64,000 nucleotides of DNA from Sphingomonadaceae bacterium (lineage in GTDB: Bacteria > Pseudomonadota > Alphaproteobacteria > Sphingomonadales > Sphingomonadaceae), in contig JAWKXP010000006.1 of NCBI GenBank assembly GCA_041396945.1, positions 16,310 through 80,309 on the forward strand, written 5' to 3'. The position numbers and the translations under genes are program-made. The notes beneath the pieces were generated by a model. That model was not told the origin of the DNA. It saw only the letters and a program-made list of their open reading frames with translations, and did not search any database. Shown piece by piece: positions 37,518-46,169 of this stretch. How positions within the stretch are numbered: the first letter of the stretch is position 1; the number at the start of each line of letters is the position of its first letter.

Positions 37518-39251
37518 ATGCCTGAATCCAATCAGGGACTGAGCAGGCGGCGGATGCTCGCCGGTGCTGGCGTCGCAGCCGTGGCCGCGACCGCAACGGC
37601 AGGCTGCAAGCGCGTCGATTCCGGCGAAGAGGCATGGGATCACTCTTGCGACGTGCTCTGCGTCGGCAGCGGCGCGGCGGCGGGCACGGCGGCGGTGACT
37701 GCCGCCTCCGAGGGCGCCAAAGTGATCGTCGTCGACAAGATGCCGGTGCTCGGCGGCACCACGGCAAAGTCGGGCGGCGTGGCCTGGATCTTCAACAACT
37801 TCATCCTGAAGGAGCAGGGCATCGCCGACACCAAGGCCGATGCGCTCAAATATGCCGCGCGCTTTGGCTATGCCCGCCACTACGATCCGGCGAGTCCGAC
37901 GCTTGGGCTGGGCGAGACCCGCTACAAAGTGCTCGAAGCGTTCTACGATCACGGCTCGGATGCCATCGACCACCTGCGCAAGATCGACGCGGTGCAGTTC
38001 AAGCAGTTCCGCCTGTTCCACATCGACCGCCCCGCGCCCGACTATGCCGACCACCTGCCCGAGAACAAGGTGCCCACCGGGCGCACGCTGGAACCGGCGG
38101 TTGGTTCGGGCTCCTCGGAAGGCGGCGGCACGTTAGCGCGCATGCTTGCCGAGTATTTGCAGGCAAACAACGTGCCGATCATGCTGGAGACGAAGGTCAC
38201 CCGCATCGTCAGGGATAGCGAGGGCCGCGCCATCGGTGTCGAGGCCGAGCAGGACGGCAAGACCATCCGCATCAGGGCCGAAAAGGGCATCATTTTCGGC
38301 ACCGGCGGCTATTCGCACAATGTCGAGCTGTGCAACCTGCACCAGCCCTACGTCTATGGCTCCTGCGCGCTGACCGGGTCGACTGGTGATTTCATTCCGC
38401 TGGCGCAGCAGGCGGGCGCGATGATGGGCGACCTCTCCTATGCCTGGCGCAGTCAGGTCGTGCTCGGCGAGGCCCTGCAGACGCGCGGCGTCGGCTGGGG
38501 CGCGTTCGTGCTGCCCGGCGATTCGATGATCCTCGTCAACAAGTACGGGAAGCGCGTGGTCAACGAAAAGCGCGATTACAACGACCGCGCGCAGGTGCAC
38601 TTCGCCTTCGATCCCTCGCACGAGGACTATCCCAACCACCTCCTGTTCATGCTCTTCGACGAACGGTCGAAGGATGCATTCGGCGGCGCGTTCCCGTTCC
38701 CCGCGCCCAACGGTTCGAACCCGCACATGCTGCAGGGTGCGACATGGGACGAGCTGTTCGGCAAGCTCTCGGCGCAGCTCAAGGGCTGGGAAGGGCGCAC
38801 CGGCGGCACGCAGCTTGCGCCTGAATTTGCCGCCAACGCCAAGGCTACGGTGGCGCAGTTCAGCGACTATGCACGGGCGGGCAAGGACCCCGATTTCAAG
38901 CGCGGCGATTATCTCTACGACCGCGAATGGCACCTGCTGTTCTCGGGGCGCAGGCCGGGCACCGAATTCCCGGAAAACACCTATCCCAACTCGGTGATGC
39001 ATCCCTTTGCCGAGACCGGGCCGTACTATGCCATCGTCCTCGGCCCCGGCACGCTCGACACATCGGGAGGACCGCAAGTGAACGAAAACGCGCAGGTGCT
39101 TGCTGCAGATGGCGAGCCGATTCCGGGGCTATACGGCGCGGGCAACTGCATCGCTTCGCCATCGGGGCAGGCTTACCTCGGCGCGGGCGGGACGATCGGG
39201 CTGGCGCTGACCTTCGGCTATATCGCCGCAAAGCACGCGGTTTCGGCATGA
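37518..39251 (+). CDS. Tat-exported lipoprotein FAD-dependent oxidoreductase (KstD-like)
   Basis: SRRRML twin-arginine motif, TAGC lipobox, GSGAA, GGTTAKSGG, PDY, AYLGAGGTIG. Confidence 0.85.
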   Translation: MPESNQGLSRRRMLAGAGVAAVAATATAGCKRVDSGEEAWDHSCDVLCVGSGAAAGTAAVTAASEGAKVIVVDKMPVLGGTTAKSGGVAWIFNNFILKEQGIADTKADALKYAARFGYARHYDPASPTLGLGETRYKVLEAFYDHGSDAIDHLRKIDAVQFKQFRLFHIDRPAPDYADHLPENKVPTGRTLEPAVGSGSSEGGGTLARMLAEYLQANNVPIMLETKVTRIVRDSEGRAIGVEAEQDGKTIRIRAEKGIIFGTGGYSHNVELCNLHQPYVYGSCALTGSTGDFIPLAQQAGAMMGDLSYAWRSQVVLGEALQTRGVGWGAFVLPGDSMILVNKYGKRVVNEKRDYNDRAQVHFAFDPSHEDYPNHLLFMLFDERSKDAFGGAFPFPAPNGSNPHMLQGATWDELFGKLSAQLKGWEGRTGGTQLAPEFAANAKATVAQFSDYARAGKDPDFKRGDYLYDREWHLLFSGRRPGTEFPENTYPNSVMHPFAETGPYYAIVLGPGTLDTSGGPQVNENAQVLAADGEPIPGLYGAGNCIASPSGQAYLGAGGTIGLALTFGYIAAKHAVSA

Positions 39252-39676
39252 TGCGCGCGGCTCTCGCCATCGCCCTCGCTGCAACAGTGGCGGGCTGCTC
39301 GTACCAGCCAGAGTCCGGCACCTCCGCACAATCCGGGGGCGCGGCTGGCGACAAGACCTATTTTGTCAGCGAGATCGCGCCGGTGCTGCAAACCGCCTGC
39401 GTCACCTGCCACCTGACCGGCGAAGAGGCAGGCAATATCTCGCTGCTGCCGCGCAATGCCATTGCGATGACGGTCGACGTGCCCTCAATCGAAGCGCCCG
39501 AGGTGCTGCGCGTTGCGCCGGGCAAGCCGGACGAAAGCTATCTCGTCATGAAGCTCGAAGGCACGCATATCGCGGGTGGCGGGTCCGGTTCGCACATGCC
39601 CTTCGGCGGCGCGCCGCTGCCACCGGAAACAATCGCAAAATTCCGCACCTGGATCGAAAAAGGAGCCAAGCCGTGA
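39248..39676 (+). CDS. Monoheme c-type cytochrome lipoprotein
   Basis: MMRAALAIALAATVAGC lipobox, CVTCH, distal HMP, W...GA end; ATGA overlap. Confidence 0.85.
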   Translation: MMRAALAIALAATVAGCSYQPESGTSAQSGGAAGDKTYFVSEIAPVLQTACVTCHLTGEEAGNISLLPRNAIAMTVDVPSIEAPEVLRVAPGKPDESYLVMKLEGTHIAGGGSGSHMPFGGAPLPPETIAKFRTWIEKGAKP

Positions 39677-41322
39677 CTACATCTGACTGGAACCTCGAAG
39701 CCGACGTCGTCGTGCTCGGATCGGGCGGGGCGGCGCTGACGGCGGCGATTTCGGCAAAGGACCACGGCGCGAGCGATGTCGTGATCCTTGAGAAATCCGG
39801 CATGGTCGGCGGCACCACCGCGATGTCGGGCGGCATGCTCTGGATTCCGGGCAACCATCACCAGCTGGCCGAAGGGATCGAGGACGACGACGAGGACATC
39901 GTCGCCTATCTCGACGCCACCGCGCCGGGCCAGCTCGATCCCGATACGCTGATGGCCTTCATGGAAGGCGGGCCGGAGATGGTGCGCTGGCTCGAAGACA
40001 ACACCCCGGTGCGCTTCGTCTCGTTCAGCGATTTCCCTGATTACCAGCCTTACCTGCCCGGCGCGAAGCCCGATGGCGGGCGTTCGCTCGACAATGTCGC
40101 CTTCTCGTTTGAGGAACTGGGCAAGTGGGCGAGCCGGGTGAACCCGAGCAAGATGGCCTATCCGATCCGTGGCAGTCTGGTCGAAGCGACACGCGGTCTG
40201 CTGAACGAAGAGATTCTCGCCGAGCGCGAGGCAAAGGACTATCGCGGGCTGGGGCAGGCGCTGGTCGGCGCACTCTACAAGGGTGTGATCGACCGCGAGA
40301 TACCGGTCGAGTTCGAAAAGCGCGCGCTCCAGCTCGTCAAGGACGACGACCGCGTTGTCGGCGTGCTGGCCGAGGACGAGAACGGCCGCGATTTCCGCGT
40401 GCGCGCGCGGCGCGGCGTGGTGATCGCCACCGGCGGGTTCGAGTGGAACGAGAAGCTGGTCAAGACCTTCCTGCGCGGCCCGCTCACCGGTCCGGTTTCG
40501 GTGCCCGAGAACGAGGGCGACGGGCTGATGATGGCGATCGACGCGGGCGCGCAGCTCAGCAACATGCAGAACGCGTTCTGGATGCAGTCGGTGCTCGAAT
40601 TCGAGCCGCAGCACCGCGATGCCAAGCCCAACTACATGCTCGGTTCGGACGAGCGCGCGCGGCCCGGCGCGATCCTCGTCAATCGCAAGGGCAAGCGCTT
40701 CGTCAACGAGGCGGCGAACTACAATGCGCTGGGCAAGTCGTTGCATGCCTTCGACGGCGGTACGCATGACTATGCGAACCTGCCCTACTGGCTGATTCTC
40801 GATCAGCGCTACAAAGACAAGTATCCGACCTTCACCTCCGAGCCGGGTTCGCCGGTGCCGCCCTACATGATGCAGGCGGGAACGCTGGAGGAACTGGCGG
40901 AGATGGCCGGGATCGATGCCGAGGGGCTGGTCGCCGAAGTCGCGCGGTTCAACGGATTCGTCGCCAACGGCAAGGACGAGGATTTCCAGCGCGGCGAGAC
41001 GACCTACGACAATTTCTACATGTGGGGCGATCCCGCGTTCGAAGCGCCGTTCCGCACGCTCGGCCCGGTCGACCAGGCACCGTTCTACGCGGTGAAGATG
41101 GAAGCAGGCGCGCTCGGCACCGCAGGCGGCCCGCGCATCGACGAGAACGGGCAGGTGCTCGACTGGAACGACAACCCGATTCCCGGCCTTTACGCGGCGG
41201 GCAATGCCTCGGCGGCAGTGCTGGGCGAGGCCTATGGCGGCGCGGGCGGCACGCTGGGGCCGGGGCTGACCTTCGGATACCTCGCGGGCAAGCACCTCGG
41301 TGGCCATATCCCGAACCGCTGA
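39673..41322 (+). CDS. FAD-dependent oxidoreductase, 3-ketosteroid delta1-dehydrogenase-like
   Basis: GSGGAA, GGTTAMSGG.LWIP, FPDY, RFVNEAANY, AYGGAGGTLG. Confidence 0.85.
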   Translation: MTTSDWNLEADVVVLGSGGAALTAAISAKDHGASDVVILEKSGMVGGTTAMSGGMLWIPGNHHQLAEGIEDDDEDIVAYLDATAPGQLDPDTLMAFMEGGPEMVRWLEDNTPVRFVSFSDFPDYQPYLPGAKPDGGRSLDNVAFSFEELGKWASRVNPSKMAYPIRGSLVEATRGLLNEEILAEREAKDYRGLGQALVGALYKGVIDREIPVEFEKRALQLVKDDDRVVGVLAEDENGRDFRVRARRGVVIATGGFEWNEKLVKTFLRGPLTGPVSVPENEGDGLMMAIDAGAQLSNMQNAFWMQSVLEFEPQHRDAKPNYMLGSDERARPGAILVNRKGKRFVNEAANYNALGKSLHAFDGGTHDYANLPYWLILDQRYKDKYPTFTSEPGSPVPPYMMQAGTLEELAEMAGIDAEGLVAEVARFNGFVANGKDEDFQRGETTYDNFYMWGDPAFEAPFRTLGPVDQAPFYAVKMEAGALGTAGGPRIDENGQVLDWNDNPIPGLYAAGNASAAVLGEAYGGAGGTLGPGLTFGYLAGKHLGGHIPNR

Positions 41323-41344
41323 TTTCACAAGAGAGGACAAGAGC

Positions 41345-42124
41345 ATGACCACCGAAGCAGGCGCACGCCTTGACGGCAAGGTAGCCATCGTCACCGGCGC
41401 GGGGATGGGCATGGGCGCGGCGACCGCGCGTCTCTTCGCCGGGCGCGGGGCAAAGGTGATCGTGTCCGACATCAACGAAGAAGCCGGGCGCGAGACGCTC
41501 GATGCCATCCGCAGTGCGGGCGGCGAGGCCGAGTTCGTGCTTTGCGATGTCACCGACGAAGCGCAAGTCGAAGCGCTGGTCGCAAAAACGGTTTCGGCGT
41601 TCGGCCGGCTCGACTGCGCGGTCAACAACGCGGCAATAACGCCCGACATCCTGCCTATTGCCGAGGCCGACATGGCGGTGTTCGACAAGGTGCTCAACGT
41701 CGACCTGCGCTCGGTCATGCTTTGCATGAAGTACGAGATCAGGCAGTTCCTCGCGCAGGGTTCGAAGGGGGCAATCGTCAACGTCGGCTCGGTCTCGTCG
41801 TTCCGTCCGCAGCCGAACAACGCCGCCTATGTTGCCGCCAAGCACGGCGTGATCGGGCTGACCAAGACCGGCAGCCTCGAATATGCGCCGCAGGGAATCC
41901 GCGTGAACGCGGTGCTGCCCGGCGCTATCGATACGCCGATGCTGCGCGGCGCGCTGGAGACGACCGGCTTTACCGAAGAGGAATTCGCCCCCGCGCTCAG
42001 CCTGTTCGGCCGGTTCGGCAAGCCCGAGGAAGTCGCCGAAGCTTCGGCCTGGCTTTGCTCCGACGCGGCCAGCTATGTCACCGGGCACAGCCTAGCGGTA
42101 GAAGGCGGTTATCTGACGCGCTGA
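41345..42124 (+). CDS. SDR oxidoreductase
   Basis: TGAGMGMG, NNAA, YVAAK. Confidence 0.9.
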   Translation: MTTEAGARLDGKVAIVTGAGMGMGAATARLFAGRGAKVIVSDINEEAGRETLDAIRSAGGEAEFVLCDVTDEAQVEALVAKTVSAFGRLDCAVNNAAITPDILPIAEADMAVFDKVLNVDLRSVMLCMKYEIRQFLAQGSKGAIVNVGSVSSFRPQPNNAAYVAAKHGVIGLTKTGSLEYAPQGIRVNAVLPGAIDTPMLRGALETTGFTEEEFAPALSLFGRFGKPEEVAEASAWLCSDAASYVTGHSLAVEGGYLTR

Positions 42125-42138
42125 AGAGAGGCGACTGA

Positions 42139-42903
42139 ATGGGACGGATCGAAGGCAAGATCGCACTGGTCACCGGCGCGGCGTCGGGGCTGGGCGAGGC
42201 GATCGCGCGGCGCTTCGTCGCCGAGGGCGCGGCGGTGGTTTTGGCGGACATCGACGAAGCAGGCGGGCAGGCGCTGGCCGATGAACTGGGCGAGGGGGCC
42301 TCGTTCGTCACGATTGATGTTTCGCAGGAAGACCAGTGGGCTGCCGCGATGCGCCACTGCGAAGAGCGCCACGGCAGGCTCGACGTGCTGGTCAACTGCG
42401 CGGGGATCACCACGGTCGGCAATGTCGAAGACCTCGCGCTCGATGGTTTCCGGCATGAGCTGGACGTCGATCTCGTCGGCCCGTTCCTTGGCTGCAAACA
42501 CGCCATCCCGCTGCTCAAACAGGCGGCGGGCGAGGGCGGCTCGGTCATCAATATCGCCTCGATGGCGAGCATTCGGGCGGAGGATTACCTCGTCGCCTAT
42601 AACGCGGCGAAGGCGGGCGTGACGCATATGACCAAGTCGGTCGCACTGCACTATGCCAAGGCCGGTTACGGCATCCGCTGCAACTCGGTGCATCCCGGCG
42701 TCATCAAGACCGCGATCCTCGACAAGGTGCTGGCGCAGTCGGACGATCCCGAGCGGCTCTATGCCGAATGGCTTAAGCTGCACCCCATCGGGCGGATCGG
42801 CAGGCCGGATGAGGTGGCGGGGCTATGCCTCTACCTCGCCAGCGACGAGAGCGCCTTTGCGACCGGTGCGGAGTTCGTGCTCGACGGCGGGTCTTCGTTG
42901 TAA
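42139..42903 (+). CDS. SDR oxidoreductase
   Basis: TGAASGLG, NCAG, YNAAK. Confidence 0.9.
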   Translation: MGRIEGKIALVTGAASGLGEAIARRFVAEGAAVVLADIDEAGGQALADELGEGASFVTIDVSQEDQWAAAMRHCEERHGRLDVLVNCAGITTVGNVEDLALDGFRHELDVDLVGPFLGCKHAIPLLKQAAGEGGSVINIASMASIRAEDYLVAYNAAKAGVTHMTKSVALHYAKAGYGIRCNSVHPGVIKTAILDKVLAQSDDPERLYAEWLKLHPIGRIGRPDEVAGLCLYLASDESAFATGAEFVLDGGSSL

Positions 42904-42930
42904 GCCAGCCGGACATTGGTGATGGTGTTG

Positions 42931-43046
42931 ATCCTCCCCCACCGGGGGAGGTGGCAGCTCCGAAGGAGCTGACGGAGGGGGCTGGCGTGGCGCGATACCC
43001 CCTCCACCACCCTTCGGGTGGTCCCCCTCCCCGGTGGGGGGAGGAT
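42931..43046. repeat. CIR-like 116-bp palindromic element
   Basis: ATCCTCCCCCACCGGGGGAGG ... CCTCCCCGGTGGGGGGAGGAT terminal IRs with internal hairpins. Confidence 0.85.
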
Positions 43047-43054
43047 ACTGGGCG

Positions 43055-43504
43055 TTAAACCCCCGCGCCCTCGTTCGAAACGTCGCTCTCCACCTTGCCT
43101 TGCGAGAGATCGCGCAAATGTTCGTGGTTGAGGATGAAGCGGATTTCGTCTGCCTCGTCGGTGAAGGCGACTGCGCCGTGTCCCATGAAAAGGTATTCGG
43201 TGCGCTCTTCGCAGCGCGCTTCGGAATGGCGCGAGCCGATGGGTTCGTAGCCATAGGTTCCGGCAGGCGCGGAGCCGACGTCGTAGATCAGCTCGCCCTT
43301 GGTCACGAAATACTGCCCGTGGCCAAGGTGCCAGTGCGGCGCAAAGGTCGCGCCCGGGTCCATCTCCACCCAGAGCACCCAGTCGCCGGTTTCCTCCGAG
43401 TAGCGCAGCAGCCGGATCGTCGTGCCTTCGCCCAGCACATGCGGCTCGGCATCGGCGATATTGACGATCAGGTCGCCCAGCTTGCCTGCGTCATGTCCGG
43501 CCAT
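43055..43504 (-). CDS. Cupin protein (ChrR/DAD/Dke1-like 3-His cupin)
   Basis: PGATFAPHWH..G....AG.Y.YEP.GSRH. Confidence 0.8.
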   Translation of the reverse strand: MAGHDAGKLGDLIVNIADAEPHVLGEGTTIRLLRYSEETGDWVLWVEMDPGATFAPHWHLGHGQYFVTKGELIYDVGSAPAGTYGYEPIGSRHSEARCEERTEYLFMGHGAVAFTDEADEIRFILNHEHLRDLSQGKVESDVSNEGAGV

Positions 43505-43520
43505 CGCACCTCTCTCCTTC

Positions 43521-44300
43521 TCAAACCTGGCTGAAGCCCCCGTCCATCACCAGCTCGTCGCAGGTCATGAAGCTCGATGCTTCGGAGGCGAGGAAGACCA
43601 CGCCGCCCGCCATTTCGTCGGGGCGGCCCATGCGGCCGATGGGGTGGTTCATCACGATCCCGGCGACCGATGCTTCCATCGAAGGCGACGCGCCAAGATC
43701 TACATAACGCTGCATGATCGATTCGAGCATCGGCGTTTCGATCCCGCCGGGATGCACCGAGTTACAGCGGATGTTGTAGCCGAGCGCCGCAAACTCCGCG
43801 CCCATGCACTTCGACAGCATCTTCACCGCCGCCTTGCTGGTGCAATAGGCCGCGTTGAAGGCCGCGCCGCGCAGGCCGCCGACCGACGAGAAGTTGATGA
43901 TAGACGCGCCCGCCTTGCGCGCCTTGCCGCCCTCCTTGAGCAGGTCGAGCAGCACCTGCGTGCCGATGATTACCGAATCGACGTTGACCGCGTTGACCTT
44001 GTGCCATTCGGCCAGCGGCGAATCCTCGATCCGCGTGACAATCGAAAGCCCGGCGTTGTTCACCAGCGCATCGAGCCGCCCGTAGTTCTCGCGCACGAGT
44101 TTTTCGACTGCCTGCCAGTCGGCCTCGCTGGTCACGTCGTGCTGCAAATAGTGGTCCGCGCCTTCGATCTCGGCAGATTCGGCAAGGTCGGTGGCGACGA
44201 CGGTCGCGCCGGCGGCTTTCATCGCCTTGACCACTTCGCGGCCAATGCCGCCTGCGGCCCCGGTGACGACGGCGACGACGTTGGGAAGGGCAATTGTCAT
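43521..44300 (-). CDS. SDR oxidoreductase
   Basis: TGAAGGIG, NNAG, YCTSK; SD GAGG. Confidence 0.9.
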   Translation of the reverse strand: MTIALPNVVAVVTGAAGGIGREVVKAMKAAGATVVATDLAESAEIEGADHYLQHDVTSEADWQAVEKLVRENYGRLDALVNNAGLSIVTRIEDSPLAEWHKVNAVNVDSVIIGTQVLLDLLKEGGKARKAGASIINFSSVGGLRGAAFNAAYCTSKAAVKMLSKCMGAEFAALGYNIRCNSVHPGGIETPMLESIMQRYVDLGASPSMEASVAGIVMNHPIGRMGRPDEMAGGVVFLASEASSFMTCDELVMDGGFSQV

Positions 44301-44322
44301 GTCAAATCCTCTCATTTCCAAG

Positions 44323-44423
44323 CCCCTCCCCTTCAGGGGAGGGGTTGGGGTGGGGGGGGGCTATTCGCGGAGCGCTATCTCAAGCGCCCCCACCCCTCGA
44401 TCCCCTCCCCTGAAGGGGAGGGG
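44323..44423. repeat. CIR/RIME-like palindromic element
   Basis: CCCCTCCCCTTCAGGGGAGGGG ... CCCCTCCCCTGAAGGGGAGGGG. Confidence 0.85.
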
Positions 44424-44429
44424 AAGAAA

Positions 44430-45248
44430 TCATTGTGCGGTCCAGCCGCCATCGATGACCAGCTCGGCGCCGGTCATGTAGCTGCTGTCGCTGCTGGCGA
44501 GGAAGAATACGCCCGAGGCGAGTTCCGCCGGATCGGCCAGTCGTGCCATCGGCGTCTGTGCGGACATTGCATCGACCAGCACCTGCGGATCGTCGGCAAC
44601 GCCCTTGTCCACCCAGCGCTGGAAGCCTTCCTTGAGCAGCGGAGTGACGACAAAGCCGGGGTGCAGCGAATTGGCGCGGATCGGCATCTTCTTCGACGCG
44701 TATTCGATCGCAATGCCCTTGGTGAACAGGCGCACCGCGCCCTTGCTGGCGTTATAGGCGGAGACTTCGGAATAGCCGACGAGGCCCATGATCGAGCTGA
44801 CGTTGATGATCGAAGCGCCGCCTTTCACGTCCTTGCCCGATTCGGCCATCAGGTCGGTGAAGGTCTTCACGCCGAGGAAAACGCCATCGACGTTGATGTC
44901 CATGATCCGGCGCCAGTCCTTCATTTCGAGCGTCTGGACGGGCCCGGTGAGGTCGGTCCCGGCGTTGTTGACGAGGATGTGCAGCTTTCCATGGCGTTCG
45001 ACCACGAGATCGCGCGCGCGGACCCAGTCTTCCTCTTTGGTGACGTTGGCCTGCACATAGGAGGCCGCCTGCCCCAGCCGCGTCATCGTTTCGCTGGCCA
45101 CTTCGCTGTCCGCCGCGTCGAGGTCCGAAAGGACGACTTCCGCGCCCTCGGCGAGGAATCTTTCAACGCAGGCGAGGCCGATGCCGCGCAGGCCGCCCGA
45201 TACGAAGGCGACCCTGCCGGTCAGCCGCTGTGCACCAAGATCCGTCAT
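44430..45248 (-). CDS. SDR oxidoreductase
   Basis: SGGLRGIG, NNAG, YNASK; ATGA overlap. Confidence 0.9.
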   Translation of the reverse strand: MTDLGAQRLTGRVAFVSGGLRGIGLACVERFLAEGAEVVLSDLDAADSEVASETMTRLGQAASYVQANVTKEEDWVRARDLVVERHGKLHILVNNAGTDLTGPVQTLEMKDWRRIMDINVDGVFLGVKTFTDLMAESGKDVKGGASIINVSSIMGLVGYSEVSAYNASKGAVRLFTKGIAIEYASKKMPIRANSLHPGFVVTPLLKEGFQRWVDKGVADDPQVLVDAMSAQTPMARLADPAELASGVFFLASSDSSYMTGAELVIDGGWTAQ

Positions 45249-46027
45249 AGTCCCATCATCCCTGCTGTGGTTGCCCCGTCGATTACGTATTCGCTGCCCG
45301 AGACGAAGCTCGATTCGTCGCTGCCGAGCCAGGCGACCAGCCCGGCGATTTCCTCGACCGTGGCCATGCGCCCGAGCGCGGCCATCGATTCGTAGCCTGC
45401 GCGCATCGCGGCGGGATCGTCGGAACCGTCGATCAGGTTGGTAATCATCGCCGTTTCGACCACGCCGGGCAGGATCGCGTTGGTGCGGATCTTGTACCCC
45501 TTGCCGCCGCAATGCACCGCCGCCGACTTGACCAGCGCGACGACCGCCGCCTTGGTCACCGAATAGGCGACGAAATTGCCCATCGCGCGGTGCGCGTTCA
45601 TCGAGGAATTGACGATGATCGAGCCGGTCGGCCCGTCCGGATTGTCGCGCATGGCGCGAATCGCGTGCTGGATCGTGAGCATCACGCCGGTCTGGTTGAC
45701 GCCAACGATCTTTTCCCAGCCCTCGATGGTGATGTCCTCGACCGAGGAATCGCCAGCTTCGGTGCCGGCATTGGCAAAGGCGATGTCGAGCCGCCCGTGA
45801 TCGGCGGCGATTGCCTTCATCAGCTCAGGCCAGGCGCTTGCATCGGCCACGTTATGTGCATGGAACGTCGCTCCGGTTTTCTCGCAAAGCGCCTTGGCAG
45901 CCTCGGCATTCGATCCGGTAAAGACGACCTTCGCGCCTTCGCTGGTCAGCCGTTCGACGGTACCCGCGCCGATGCCCGACGTGCCGCCGGTGATAAGCGC
46001 AACCTTGCCTTCGAGCCGTTTGGTCAC
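45245..46027 (-). CDS. SDR oxidoreductase
   Basis: TGGTSGIG, ANAG, YSVTK; GTG start after GGAGG. Confidence 0.88.
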   Translation of the reverse strand: MTKRLEGKVALITGGTSGIGAGTVERLTSEGAKVVFTGSNAEAAKALCEKTGATFHAHNVADASAWPELMKAIAADHGRLDIAFANAGTEAGDSSVEDITIEGWEKIVGVNQTGVMLTIQHAIRAMRDNPDGPTGSIIVNSSMNAHRAMGNFVAYSVTKAAVVALVKSAAVHCGGKGYKIRTNAILPGVVETAMITNLIDGSDDPAAMRAGYESMAALGRMATVEEIAGLVAWLGSDESSFVSGSEYVIDGATTAGMMGL

Positions 46028-46084
46028 GGCATCCTCCATATTATCCTCGTTCCTCGCGGTTTGCCGTATATCGTCTGGCTTGAA

Positions 46085-46104
46085 ACCTATGCTTTCGGCA
46101 AGGT
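46085..46104. promoter_or_regulatory. lux-box-like site (bidirectional)
   Basis: ACCT-ATGCTTTCGGCA-AGGT; CAGAAC (+, 46126) and CAAACC (-, 46063) at 31.5 bp. Confidence 0.7.
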
Positions 46105-46169
46105 GACGCCCTCGCGCGGGCAAGGCAGAACGGCGCAAACCACGAAATCCGGGCAGAAGGACTGAATCA

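Noticed and set aside
18130-41322. Canonical steroid (9,10-seco) degradation cluster
   Set aside because: KstD-like genes are present but no recognisable KshA, HsaABCD/TesABD or HIP-pathway genes occur in the window
44352-44360. G9 tract as a phase-variation switch
   Set aside because: Intergenic, inside a repeat element, not in a CDS or evident promoter spacer
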